The position numbers and the translations under genes are program-made. Below are positions 9,772 to 19,381 of a stretch of DNA of 52,402 bases, piece after piece. The notes below the pieces were generated by a model. That model did no database searches. It saw nothing but the letters and a program-made list of their open reading frames with translations, and was not told the DNA's origin. Numbering within the stretch: position 1 is the first letter of the stretch; each line of letters opens with the position of its first letter. The DNA comes from Methanothrix sp. (GTDB lineage: Archaea > Halobacteriota > Methanosarcinia > Methanotrichales > Methanotrichaceae), in contig JAXGJB010000014.1 in assembly GCA_040770465.1 (NCBI GenBank), positions 1 through 52,402 of the forward strand, read 5' to 3'.

Positions 9772-10989
9772 TCAGGAGCCGCCGTGAATCTCCTCAAGTT
9801 TTGTGATCTTCTGGATCTCCTCTTTGAGGGCCGGCGGGAGCCCCTTGATCTCGACGTCGAGAAAACCCCTCACGATGACGCTCGTCGCCTCGTCGGTGGA
9901 GAGGCCCCGAGCCATCAGGTACTCCAGCTCCACCTGGGATATCTTGCCAACGGCGGCCTCGTGGGACATGTCGAGCCCTCCGCACCAGCCGTCCAGTTCC
10001 GGGATCGAGTAGATCCTCCCCTTCTCGGTGAGGATCAATCCGACGCACTCGACGTGGGCCCTGATGTCTGGGACTTTTCCCACCATCCGGCCCCGGTTGA
10101 TTATCTCGCCGCCGGTGGAGACTACCCTTGATATCGATTCGGCGCTGGTTTTGGGAGCTTCCAGGATCGTCTGGTTTCCGATGTCGATGTTGCCCCTCCG
10201 GGCGTACATGATGGTGTTGAAGCTGGCGACCGCCCCCTCACCTACGAGGTTGGCGGTGGGGAAGGCCTGGAGGCTCTTGACAGGGGTGAGGGTGATGTAG
10301 TTCTCTGAGATCGACCCGCCGGCCTCAACCTGGCTTGCGCCCCTCGGCCTCACCTCCACCTCCTCGCCCCAGTTGTGGACCATGGTGAAGGTGACGTGAG
10401 CGTTCTTTTTGACGTAGACCTCGGAGACTCCCAGGTGGAGACCCCGGCCTGCGTGAGAGGGCGTGGTGCAGCCGGTGATGATGTGAAGCTGTGACCCCTC
10501 CTCGGCGATGACGACGTTGTGGACCCTCTGCCGCTTGTTTTTGCCGCCCATGAATAGGCACGTCTTGAGGGGAAATACGGTCTTGGTGCCGGGTTTTGCC
10601 CGGACGAAGTAGCCTGCCGGCGGGTGCATCCCCACGTCGGCGGTGTACTTGTCGGCGTCGATGGGGACGAGCTTCCAGTAGTAGTCCGCAAGGTAGCTGT
10701 GCTTTTTGAGGGCGGCGCCGATCTCCTCCACCTCGATCCCCTCGACGACCGAGCCCCGATGTACCGCCGACTGGTCGACCTGGAAGTAGTCGCCCGCCGA
10801 CTCGCCCGAGAGGCTCACCCCGGCGCTGAGGGCTGCGGTCTGGACGTCCGCGGGGAGCATCTCCAGAGCCTCGATCTCGCCGAAGTCGTCGGATGTGGAA
10901 TCGTAGCTCTCGATATCGACGTCCGTCCCCAGAGCGGCCTTTTTGTCGGCGGCCTTCTTCGCCTTCTCTTCTAGACGGGACATAGACAT
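9772..10989 (-). CDS. sufB: Fe-S cluster assembly scaffold SufB/SufD-like (SmsB)
   Basis: HNVVIAEEGS, HLGVSE, HVECVGL, SIPEL, MSHEAAVGKI, YLMARGL; start uncertain (10983-10998). Confidence 0.9.
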   Translation of the reverse strand: MSMSRLEEKAKKAADKKAALGTDVDIESYDSTSDDFGEIEALEMLPADVQTAALSAGVSLSGESAGDYFQVDQSAVHRGSVVEGIEVEEIGAALKKHSYLADYYWKLVPIDADKYTADVGMHPPAGYFVRAKPGTKTVFPLKTCLFMGGKNKRQRVHNVVIAEEGSQLHIITGCTTPSHAGRGLHLGVSEVYVKKNAHVTFTMVHNWGEEVEVRPRGASQVEAGGSISENYITLTPVKSLQAFPTANLVGEGAVASFNTIMYARRGNIDIGNQTILEAPKTSAESISRVVSTGGEIINRGRMVGKVPDIRAHVECVGLILTEKGRIYSIPELDGWCGGLDMSHEAAVGKISQVELEYLMARGLSTDEATSVIVRGFLDVEIKGLPPALKEEIQKITKLEEIHGGS

Positions 10990-11720
10990 GCTGCACACCC
11001 CTCGTATCCGTTGACCTTGATCTGTTCCAGAATCTCCTTCGGGCTTCCCGAGCAGACGATCGTACCCTCGATCATGACGTGGGCCTTGTCCGTCGACATG
11101 TAGTCGAGGATGTGGCCGAAGTGGGTTATGATCACCCCGGACTTCGTCCGAGCGCTCGGCTTCAGGTCTTTTTGGGTGAGGGTGTTGATCGCCCGCCCGA
11201 TGACCTTGATGTTCTCCAGGTCGACCCCCGAATCGGGCTCGTCGAGCATCACGAAGTCCGGCTCCTGAGCGAGGAGCTGGACCATCTCCGACCTCTTCAC
11301 CTCGCCGCCGGAGAAGCCCTTGTTAACCTCCCGATCGGCGAACTCGGTGAAGTCCAGATCCGCCAGGATCTTATCGGCGTTCGCGTTGGGGTTACAGAGC
11401 TTGATCATATCCAAAACCTTCAGCCCCCTGATGGTGGGAGGGTGCTGGAAGGCGATCCCGATCCCAAGCCGCGCCCGCTCGTGCATAGACATTTTGGTAA
11501 TGTCCACGCCCTTGAACCTGATCGTCCCGCTCTCCACCACGTACCGGGGGATCCCAGCTATGGTGCTGAGGAGCGTCGTCTTCCCGCAGCCGTTGGGGCC
11601 GAAGAGGGCGTGGGTCTCGCCCTCGCCGACGCTCATGTCCACCCCCTTGAGGACCCGCTTATCCCCTATGCTCACCCAGAGATCTTCAATCTGTAACGTC
11701 GGACCGCCTCCTTGGGCCAT
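10971..11720 (-). CDS. sufC: Fe-S cluster assembly ABC ATPase SufC-like (SmsC)
   Basis: GPNGCGKTT, GFSGGEVKRSE, LDEPDSGVD, IITH, C-terminal CxxC (GCAAC); overlaps the sufB-like gene. Confidence 0.9.
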   Translation of the reverse strand: MAQGGGPTLQIEDLWVSIGDKRVLKGVDMSVGEGETHALFGPNGCGKTTLLSTIAGIPRYVVESGTIRFKGVDITKMSMHERARLGIGIAFQHPPTIRGLKVLDMIKLCNPNANADKILADLDFTEFADREVNKGFSGGEVKRSEMVQLLAQEPDFVMLDEPDSGVDLENIKVIGRAINTLTQKDLKPSARTKSGVIITHFGHILDYMSTDKAHVMIEGTIVCSGSPKEILEQIKVNGYEGCAACLCPV

Positions 11721-11907
11721 ATCGTCTGAAACGCCTTCGTTCTTGACAAGATGATATCGACACTAATAACGTCTTCCCTTTGGAGCCAGAGCTTCCAGGC
11801 GGATGTTTCCGTCCGAAGAGAGCTTAGGGAGGGCGGACCTCGTCTGAGGATCTTCTCCGCTTCGGGGGATTTGGGGAAGCCACCCTCCCGACCAGGTCGT
11901 CACCGTC

Positions 11908-12267
11908 TTATAGCACGCACTCGGAGCAGTCCTGACAGCTGCACTCGATATTGGTGATCTTCCACTTCAGAGCCCAGCGCTTCATCTCCTTGACGATCTC
12001 CACGATCTCAAGGCCGCTCTCGGTCAGGGAGTACTCCGCCTTTGCGGGGAAGGACCGGCCATCGAAGCTCCTCTCCACGAGCCCCTCCTTCTCCAGCTCC
12101 TTGAGCCGCGCCGACAGGACCTTCGGCGTGATCCCGTCAAGGCAGCTCTTCAGCTCGGAAAATCGCCTCACGTGACCCTGACCCTTGTAAAGCTCCAGGA
12201 GGATGAGGAGTGTCCACTTCCGGGCTATGTACTTCACCGTCCTGCTGACGGTGCAACCTTCCTGCAT
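11908..12267 (-). CDS. HxlR/DUF24-family winged-helix regulator with N-terminal Cys and Cys-rich tail
   Basis: MQEGCTV...KWTLLILLEL...RFSELK...GITPKVLSARLKELEKEGLVER...EYSLTESG; tail ECSCQDCSECVL; start taken at ATG 12267. Confidence 0.9.
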   Translation of the reverse strand: MQEGCTVSRTVKYIARKWTLLILLELYKGQGHVRRFSELKSCLDGITPKVLSARLKELEKEGLVERSFDGRSFPAKAEYSLTESGLEIVEIVKEMKRWALKWKITNIECSCQDCSECVL

Positions 12268-12302
12268 GGTATCCTCGAAGAAACCTTCCTGCCTATATAC
12301 CT

Positions 12303-12321
12303 TGGTATCCCAAGTATACCA
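12303..12321. promoter_or_regulatory. Candidate operator palindrome TGGTAT-N7-ATACCA next to a TATA-like element in the divergent hxlR/DUF166 spacer
   Basis: Perfect 6-7-6 inverted repeat directly beside CTATATA (12293-12299). Confidence 0.5.
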
Positions 12322-12379
12322 TTGGCGGTGCGACGGCTTGGGCCAGGTCGCCCGGCCAAGCCCGCCCAGGAGCAAGATC

Positions 12380-13219
12380 ATGAAGGTGATGGTATTCTAC
12401 AATGGCGAGTTCGGGAGAAAACTCATCGGAAACCTGATCAACTTCTCCGGCTTCTGCATCTCCTGCGGCGACGCCTGTACCCTCTGCAAGTCCGGAAAGT
12501 ACAGCCTTGCCGATGGTCTGGTCTCCGTCATGGAGATGCCCGACCCTGAGAGCCTGGACGACTTCATCGACGACGCCGAACCCTACATCCCAAAGGAGAT
12601 CCCGGAAGCGGAGATCGCCATCGTCGTCAATGTCCACCCCGACATCATCTTCGGCCTCCTGCCCGTCATCAGAGAGCTGGGGTATCGTGGAATCATAGGC
12701 GGGTCCGAACGGCCCCAGGAGCTTCCCATGGGGCTGCGAACCCAGCTCACCGAGGAGGCGAGAAAGCTCGGCCTGGAGGCCGCCTTCGCCAAGCCCTTCT
12801 GCGCTCTGGCGCCAGATCCCGCCACTCCCGCCATAAACGCCTTCATGGAGAAGGCCCACTTCGGCGATCCCAGGATCGAGATCGTCGCTCAGGATAGCCG
12901 GCCGGGAAAGGAGACGATCCTCGCCGCCAACGTCGTCCGCAGCGCACCCTGCGGCTCAACCTGGTACGTCGCAAAGAGGATGACAGGCCTGGAGACCAAC
13001 CAGCCCGACCTCCGGGAGAGGATCTCCGAGGCCCACCACGCCTACCCCTGCACCGCCAGCATGGACCAGGACCCGGAGCTGAAAGACACCATCCTCCACA
13101 AGGCAGGTTATATAATCAGAGAGGCGGTGGAGGACGCCATCAAGCGGGCGGAGAGGACGGAGCCGAGGGACTCGGGGACCTTTTCGGGCTCCACAAGGCC
13201 CATCGCCTGTGAACAGTAA
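12380..13219 (+). CDS. DUF166-family protein
   Basis: CISCGDACTLC, HPDI, KPFCAL, FGDP, RSAPCGSTWYVA, HHAYPCTASM, ILHKAG; start taken at ATG 12380. Confidence 0.8.
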   Translation: MKVMVFYNGEFGRKLIGNLINFSGFCISCGDACTLCKSGKYSLADGLVSVMEMPDPESLDDFIDDAEPYIPKEIPEAEIAIVVNVHPDIIFGLLPVIRELGYRGIIGGSERPQELPMGLRTQLTEEARKLGLEAAFAKPFCALAPDPATPAINAFMEKAHFGDPRIEIVAQDSRPGKETILAANVVRSAPCGSTWYVAKRMTGLETNQPDLRERISEAHHAYPCTASMDQDPELKDTILHKAGYIIREAVEDAIKRAERTEPRDSGTFSGSTRPIACEQ

Positions 13220-13306
13220 TTTCCGAGATCACAATTCTCTGGATAGTTTTGATATAGCCAAGATGCAGAATGGAAAGAGAAGATACGAAGAAGGAGGTTG
13301 AATAAT

Positions 13307-13963
13307 ATGGCAAAAGACCTTATGGAGAAGGGAGCGATCCTCCAGAGAGACAAGGAGACCTACGCCATAGCCCCTCACATCGCGGGCGGCGTCATCGACC
13401 CTGCTGGGCTCAAGAGGATCGCCGAGGTGGCGGAGAAGTACAAAGCGGCAGCCCTGAAGATAACCTCGGCCCAGAGGATAGCCATCGTGGGACTGAAGCC
13501 AGAGGACCTCGACGACGCCTGGGCGGACCTCGACATGAAGCCGGGGGCGGCCATCGGCCTCTGCGTCCGGAGCGTCAAGATCTGTCCTGGAACCACATTC
13601 TGCAAGCGGGGCCTCCAGGACTCGGTGGGAGTCGGCCTCAAGCTCGACGAGAAGTATCACGGCATGGAGATGCCCTCCAAGTTCAAGATCGGCGTATCGG
13701 GCTGTCCCAACTCCTGCGCCGAGCCCGCCGTCAAGGATCTGGGGCTGATGGGCACCGCCAAGGGCTGGACGATCATGGTGGGGGGGAACGCCGCCCGAAA
13801 GCCCCGACTGGCCACGGTCCTGGCCGAGGCCTTGAGCGACGACGAGGCCTTCGCCTTGGTCGATAAGGTGATCGGCTACTACAAGGCCAACTCCGAGAAG
13901 AAGAGGCTCGGCGATTTCATCGACGAGATCGGATTTGAGAATTTCAAGAAGGCTGTCCTCTGA
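13307..13963 (+). CDS. Small nitrite/sulfite reductase-like protein (siroheme/4Fe-4S domain)
   Basis: KITSAQRI half-ferredoxin motif, CX5C (CPGTTFC) and CX3C (SGCPNSC), PSKFKIGVSG; GGAGG RBS upstream. Confidence 0.85.
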   Translation: MAKDLMEKGAILQRDKETYAIAPHIAGGVIDPAGLKRIAEVAEKYKAAALKITSAQRIAIVGLKPEDLDDAWADLDMKPGAAIGLCVRSVKICPGTTFCKRGLQDSVGVGLKLDEKYHGMEMPSKFKIGVSGCPNSCAEPAVKDLGLMGTAKGWTIMVGGNAARKPRLATVLAEALSDDEAFALVDKVIGYYKANSEKKRLGDFIDEIGFENFKKAVL

Positions 13964-14035
13964 CGCCGAAGGTGGGAAATAATCTCCCCTGAATGATCGA
14001 TGGAGAAAAAGTCCGAAGGGAGGGAAGATCGGGGA

Positions 14036-15037
14036 TCACCAGACCCCCGGCACCTCCTCGCCGCAGCTTGGGCACTTCCCATCGACGACCCCGTTCCTCA
14101 TCACCCGAAAGCTGAACCGCTCCACCAGCGTCTCGCCGCAGGCGGGGCAGCTCGTGTCCTCGTCCTCGCCGGGGATGTTTCCTCCATATACGTACTTTAT
14201 CCCCGCATCCCGTCCTATCTCCGCTGCCCGTCTGATGGTCTTGGCGGGCGTGGGCGGGGCGTCTTTCAGCTTGTACGTCGGGTAGAAAGCCGTGACGTGC
14301 CAGGGCATATCGGGGCTGACCCCGGCCAGAAATTCGGCTGCCTCCCGAAGATCTCGGTCCGAGTCGTTGTAGCCGGGGATCAAGAGGGTAGTCACCTCCA
14401 CCCAGATCCCGAGGCTCCACATCAGCTCGATCGTCCTCTTGACCGGATCGAGCCTCGCCCCGCAGACCTTCTTATAAAAATCGTCGTCGCCCTTGAGGTC
14501 GATGTTTATCGCATCCAGGTAGGGCTCAATCGTCCTCGTCGCCTCTTCGGTCATATACCCATTGCTGACGAAGACGTTCTTAAGGCCCCTTTCTCTAGCT
14601 AGCTTGGAGACGTCTAGGGCGTACTCGAAGAAGATGGTGGGCTCTGTGTAGGTGTAGGCCACCGACTTGCACCCGGCAGCGAGGGCCTCCGCCACCACCC
14701 TCTCGGGCTCGACCATCTCCCCGGGAATGAACTCCTTCTCGGCTGAAACCTGGGATATATCGGCATTTTGACAGTGGAGGCATCTGAAGTTGCAGCCGGC
14801 GGTGGCGATAGAGTAGCTGAGGTGGCCGGGCATGAAGTGGTAGAGGGGCTTCTTCTCGATGGGATCGATGTGCATCGCCACCAGCTTTCCGTAGACCAGG
14901 GTCTGCAGGACCCCATCCTGGTTCTCCCTGACTCTGCAAAGTCCCCTCTTTCCCGGCCTTATACGACAGAGCTGGTTACAGAGCCCGCACCGAACGTCGC
15001 CTCCTTCAAGTTTTTCATAAAACATGGCTTCCTTCAT
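14036..15037 (-). CDS. amrS: AmmeMemoRadiSam system radical SAM enzyme
   Basis: N-terminal CGLCNQLC...GLCRVREN, IDPIEKKPLYHF, GCNFRCLHCQN, YTYTEP, C-terminal CPACG/CPSCG. Confidence 0.9.
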   Translation of the reverse strand: MKEAMFYEKLEGGDVRCGLCNQLCRIRPGKRGLCRVRENQDGVLQTLVYGKLVAMHIDPIEKKPLYHFMPGHLSYSIATAGCNFRCLHCQNADISQVSAEKEFIPGEMVEPERVVAEALAAGCKSVAYTYTEPTIFFEYALDVSKLARERGLKNVFVSNGYMTEEATRTIEPYLDAINIDLKGDDDFYKKVCGARLDPVKRTIELMWSLGIWVEVTTLLIPGYNDSDRDLREAAEFLAGVSPDMPWHVTAFYPTYKLKDAPPTPAKTIRRAAEIGRDAGIKYVYGGNIPGEDEDTSCPACGETLVERFSFRVMRNGVVDGKCPSCGEEVPGVW

Positions 15038-15153
15038 CGCGAACACCACCACCTATCGGAACTAAGATCTCTCCAAATATGTGGATATGATCCCATATAA
15101 CCGTTGTTCTGAGGGAAGGTCTGTGCAGAAGGATATGAAAGCGGCCCCTTCGA

Positions 15154-17043
15154 TCAGGATCCCTCTTCCCCGCTTGCGAAGACGTAGAACCTGAGAGGAT
15201 CTTCCGGCAGCCCCGATGTGAGGTTGATGGAATTATTTACGCTCTGGTCGGCGGTCCTGATCCAGATATCACCAAACAGGTTAATTTCATCGTCGGGGGT
15301 GAGGAGGATCGCCTCGTCGCTCGCCATGGTGATCATCATTTCGTCAGGATCGACTAGAGTTACCGTCATCACCCCATATTCGTCCCCCACCTCGACGGAA
15401 TCGGGATCATCGGAGATCTGCCAGATCCCGTCCACCTCGGCGAAGCCGTCATCGTCGGTGGCGAAGGCGCTTTTAAAGTGGACGGCTATGACCACCAGGT
15501 CGTCAGCTCCGCCCACGCTCCTGGAGTAGATGTAGGTCTCATCCCTCAAGGTCGACCCGGACTTCCAGGGCTCCATGACCTGGGAGTCCATCAACGCTCC
15601 GTCCTTGAAGAGCGCAAGGGAGACCTTCTCTCCGCCCTCGTCCACCGACTCCAGGGAGAGCTTGTAGCCGCCCTCAAGCCCCAGAGGGCTGTCGGTATCG
15701 AAGGTCTCCCTCCGGTCGTCGTCTATGAGAACCCTCACCAGCTGCTCCTCCTCGAGCATGTTGGGGCTCTCCGATTCCTCCCGGAGAAGGCCGTCGGCGT
15801 AACCGGCAAAACGGACCGTGCCGAATAGAGGGATCGTCCATTGAGCCCCCCACCCCTCAAACTCCATCCCCTTCTTCTGAGCAGAGGTGGAATACACCGC
15901 GCCCGTCCCCTCCTCGAGCAGGTCCCCGGTGACGTTCAGAACCAGAGACTCATCCCCCACCCCCTCGTCCATATCGTAGTAAAAACCAGCGAAGCTGGTG
16001 GAGTTCCACACCCATATGGAGCCGTCGACGACCTCTCCATCACGGCCTCTGATCTCGATGGGCTCCTGTCCTTCGATCGTTCTATATATGCAGAACCTGA
16101 GGGGAGTTTCGGGCTGGCCAAAGGCGGCGTTGACGGAGTCGTTCACGTCGTCCTGATCTGCAGTTTTGATCCCGATATCGCCCATCAAGAGCCTTGATCT
16201 TCCCCTCACCAGGCCGATTTCGCGCCCCTCGTTCTTCATGGTCAAGGTCATATTATCGGGGTCCAGGTCGGTGACTGTCATCTCTCCCCACTCGTCCCCT
16301 TCTCCGATGGGGACGGTCTCCTCAGATATCTGCCAGATACCGTCGATGGTCGCAAACGCGTCTCCGCCGCTGGAGAAGACGTTCTTGAAGTGGACCGCTA
16401 TGAAGACGAAATCTTCTCCGCCGATCTGCCTTCGATAGAGGTAAGTCCCATCCCCCACCGTTCCATTCTCCTTTGATGGCTCCACCACCCCCGAGTCCAC
16501 GGATGCGCCATCCCTGAGAAGCGCAAGAGATACCTTCTCACCAGCGTCCACCTCCACCACCTGGAGCGAATATCCTTCTTCGAGCCTCAATGGAAGACCG
16601 CTTTCGATCGTCCTCTCACCGTCGTCGTCGAGGAGGACCTTTGCGATCTCATCGTCCCGGAAAAGTGACCCTTTGCCGGACTCGTTTTGGAGGTAGCCTC
16701 TGCAATAGCCTGCGAAGCGGTCCTCGCCCAGAAAACCGATGGTCATGCGGCTCCCCCAGCGAGAAAACTCGAAAGCCTCCTCCTCTGCCGTGCTGGTGTA
16801 GACCGCTTCTGAGACATTTACCCTCCCGCCCGATATGGCAAGGCTCAGCCTCTCGCCGCCGATGTCGTCATCCAGGTCGTAAAAGAACCCCCCAAAATCC
16901 TGGGCGGTCCAGCAGTAAGTCGCGCCTTCGAGCACCTCGGCCACAGGACCCCTCACCTCCACACCGCCAGCTGTCGCCACCAGCAGCGCCACCAGAAGGG
17001 TGGATGAGAGGAAGCCGGAAAGACGATTCAAAGTCGATGACAT
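15154..17043 (-). CDS. S-layer family protein (two DUF1608-type domains), no PGF-CTERM
   Basis: Two repeats beginning E-x-RG...W...F-x-GF-x-YD, AVHFK, DGIWQIS; paralog of the adjacent gene; start uncertain (17043-17097). Confidence 0.85.
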   Translation of the reverse strand: MSSTLNRLSGFLSSTLLVALLVATAGGVEVRGPVAEVLEGATYCWTAQDFGGFFYDLDDDIGGERLSLAISGGRVNVSEAVYTSTAEEEAFEFSRWGSRMTIGFLGEDRFAGYCRGYLQNESGKGSLFRDDEIAKVLLDDDGERTIESGLPLRLEEGYSLQVVEVDAGEKVSLALLRDGASVDSGVVEPSKENGTVGDGTYLYRRQIGGEDFVFIAVHFKNVFSSGGDAFATIDGIWQISEETVPIGEGDEWGEMTVTDLDPDNMTLTMKNEGREIGLVRGRSRLLMGDIGIKTADQDDVNDSVNAAFGQPETPLRFCIYRTIEGQEPIEIRGRDGEVVDGSIWVWNSTSFAGFYYDMDEGVGDESLVLNVTGDLLEEGTGAVYSTSAQKKGMEFEGWGAQWTIPLFGTVRFAGYADGLLREESESPNMLEEEQLVRVLIDDDRRETFDTDSPLGLEGGYKLSLESVDEGGEKVSLALFKDGALMDSQVMEPWKSGSTLRDETYIYSRSVGGADDLVVIAVHFKSAFATDDDGFAEVDGIWQISDDPDSVEVGDEYGVMTVTLVDPDEMMITMASDEAILLTPDDEINLFGDIWIRTADQSVNNSINLTSGLPEDPLRFYVFASGEEGS

Positions 17044-17215
17044 CAGATGATCGCTCGAAATGAGCGATGATGCAAATAAAAGCATCGCCATGGTCAAGGC
17101 GATTTTCAGGGCAAAGATGAGTTACATCTACTGGATTCAGTATCTCATGAGAAGAAAAGCACGATTGAATAAAAAGTGAGGTTGGAAGAGCTTTTGGCTC
17201 TTCCAAGGGTGGGTT

Positions 17216-19381
17216 TTACTCTCTCCTCCTCAGGACGAGGTAGGAGACTGCCAGAAGTCCGGTTATGGCGAAGACCGCCTCGAATCCGGGGATTCCTCCA
17301 GCCTCTTCCTCAGCGGGGGCTTCCTCGGTCATGTTCTCTTCAGCGGGAGCTTCCTCAGCGGGGGCTTCCTCAACGGCTGCCTCCTCTACAGGGGCTTCCT
17401 CAGCGGGGGCCTCCTCAACGGGGGCCTCCTCAACGGCTGCCTCCTCTACAGGGGCCTCCTTGACTTGGGGCTCGGCCTCAGCTGCGCCAGCCTCCTCTAT
17501 GGTGGCCTCCTCGTAGATGTAGAACCTGAGGGGTTCCTCAGCGGTGATGACGTCCTGGTCGGCCGTCTTGATTCTGATGTTCTCCATCAAGAGCTGGTCT
17601 TTGTCATTGCTGAGGGTGATCTTGTTGTCCTCGTTGTTCATCATGATGGAGTACGCTTCGGAGTTGACGGTCTGGATCGTCATCTTGTCGTACTCGGTGT
17701 CCTCCTCAACGTCGGTGTAGGTATCGGAGATCTGCCAGATACCGTCGACTGTGGCCAGATCCTGGTCAGAGCCGCGGAAGGCGTTCTTGAAGTGGACAGC
17801 TATGATGACGATGTCCTCGGTGTCGCCGAGGTCCGCTGTGTAGGTGTAGGTCTTGTCAGCGATGTCTGCGCCGTCCTTGGAGGGCTCAACAACAGCTGAG
17901 TCGACGACTGAGCCGTCCTTCATCAGCTGGACGTAGACCTTGTTGCCGTCGAGGTCGATGGACTGGATCGCCAGCTCGTAGCCCTCCTCAAGGGTCAGGG
18001 GCGTGCCGGAGGTGAAAGTCCTCTCGTCGTCGTCGTCGTAGAGCACCTTGGAGAGCTGCTCGTCCGCCATGAGGTTGGCATCAGTGGAGTCGTCAGCCAG
18101 GTAGGCGGCCATGGGGTCGTCCTCGTTCTCGACGTAAGCGGCGAAGTACTCCTCAGCGAGGAAGCCGATGGTCTTGTACTCGCCCCACTCGGCGAAGTCA
18201 AAGTCGTCATCCTGGGCCACGGTCTCGTAGACGACGCCGTTCGGCTCGTCGAGAACGTCACCGGTGAAGGTCATGGTGATCTTCTCAGTGCCGAGGTCGT
18301 CATCGATGTCGTAGTAGAATCCAGCGAAGGATGCGGCGTCCCACTCAGCGGTGGCGCCGTCAACAACTTCCCTGACGGTTCCCCTGATCTCGTAGGTGCC
18401 GGGCTCGGTGATGGTCTTCTGGATGTAGAACCTGAGGGGGTCCTCAGCGGTGATCTCGTCCTGGTCGGCGGTGACGATCGCGAGGTTTTCCATCAGGGCC
18501 TGGTCCTTGTTATTGCTGAGGGTGATCTTGTTGTCCTCGTTGTTCATCATGATGGAGTACGCTTCGGAGTTGACGGTCTGAATCGTCATCTTGTCGTACT
18601 CGGTGTCCTCCTCAACGTCGGTGTAGGTGTCGGAGATCTGCCAGATGCCGTCGACTGTGGCCAGATCCTGGTCAGAGCCGCGGAAGGCGTTCTTGAAGTG
18701 GACAGCTATGATGACGATGTCCTCGGTGTCGCCGAGATCCGCTGTGTAGGTGTAGGTCTTGTCAGCGATGTCTGCGCCGTCTTTGGAGGGCTCAACAACA
18801 GCTGAGTCGACTACTGAGCCGTCCTTCATCAGCTGGACGTAGACCTTGTTGCCGTCGAGGTCGATGGACTGGATCGCCAGCTCGTACCCCTCTTTGAGCT
18901 CCAGGGGCGTGCCGGAGGTGAAGGTCCTCTCCTCGTCGTCGTCGTAGAGCACCTTGGAGAGCTGCTCGTCCGCCATCAGGTTGGTGTCGGTGGAGTCGTC
19001 AGCCAGGTAGGCGGCCATGGGGTCGTCCTCGTTCTCGACGTAAGCGGCGAAGTAATTCTCGGCAAAGAAGCCGATGGTCATGAACTCTCCCCACTCGGCG
19101 AAGTCGAAATCGTCCGGCTGGGCAACAGTCTCATAGACGATGCCGTCAGGCTCGTCGAGAATGTCACCGGTGATGGTCAGAGTGATGCTTTCCTGTCCGA
19201 TATCGTCGTCAATGTCATAGTAGAAACCGGCGAACTGCTGTGGGCCCCAGGTATAGATTGCACCGTCTTCGACGGTGGCCACAGGACCGCGGATCTCCAC
19301 CATATCGACTGCGCTTACTGTAATTGCTGACGCTAGCAGCAATACAAGAGCGGTAAGCGTAATCGTGGTCACTTTCGTCAT
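17216..19381 (-). CDS. Major S-layer protein (two DUF1608-type domains, acidic linker, PGF-CTERM anchor)
   Basis: Signal peptide, duplicated EIRG...FAGFYYDIDDD...AVHFKNAF...DGIWQIS domains, C-terminal IPGFEAVFAITGLLAVSYLVLRRRE. Confidence 0.93.
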   Translation of the reverse strand: MTKVTTITLTALVLLLASAITVSAVDMVEIRGPVATVEDGAIYTWGPQQFAGFYYDIDDDIGQESITLTITGDILDEPDGIVYETVAQPDDFDFAEWGEFMTIGFFAENYFAAYVENEDDPMAAYLADDSTDTNLMADEQLSKVLYDDDEERTFTSGTPLELKEGYELAIQSIDLDGNKVYVQLMKDGSVVDSAVVEPSKDGADIADKTYTYTADLGDTEDIVIIAVHFKNAFRGSDQDLATVDGIWQISDTYTDVEEDTEYDKMTIQTVNSEAYSIMMNNEDNKITLSNNKDQALMENLAIVTADQDEITAEDPLRFYIQKTITEPGTYEIRGTVREVVDGATAEWDAASFAGFYYDIDDDLGTEKITMTFTGDVLDEPNGVVYETVAQDDDFDFAEWGEYKTIGFLAEEYFAAYVENEDDPMAAYLADDSTDANLMADEQLSKVLYDDDDERTFTSGTPLTLEEGYELAIQSIDLDGNKVYVQLMKDGSVVDSAVVEPSKDGADIADKTYTYTADLGDTEDIVIIAVHFKNAFRGSDQDLATVDGIWQISDTYTDVEEDTEYDKMTIQTVNSEAYSIMMNNEDNKITLSNDKDQLLMENIRIKTADQDVITAEEPLRFYIYEEATIEEAGAAEAEPQVKEAPVEEAAVEEAPVEEAPAEEAPVEEAAVEEAPAEEAPAEENMTEEAPAEEEAGGIPGFEAVFAITGLLAVSYLVLRRRE
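17305..17465 (-). repeat. 15-bp tandem units encoding EEA(P/A)(V/A) acidic linker
   Basis: Repeated ttcctcagcgggggc / ctcctcaacgggggc / ctcctctacaggggc variants. Confidence 0.85.
17518..19230. repeat. Intragenic direct repeat with period 906 bp in the S-layer gene
   Basis: 17521 aligns with 18427; ~17590-18200 is nearly identical in DNA to ~18496-19106. Confidence 0.9.

Noticed and set aside
17305-17465. CRISPR-like short repeats
   Set aside because: 15-bp in-frame coding repeats without unique spacers; no cas genes
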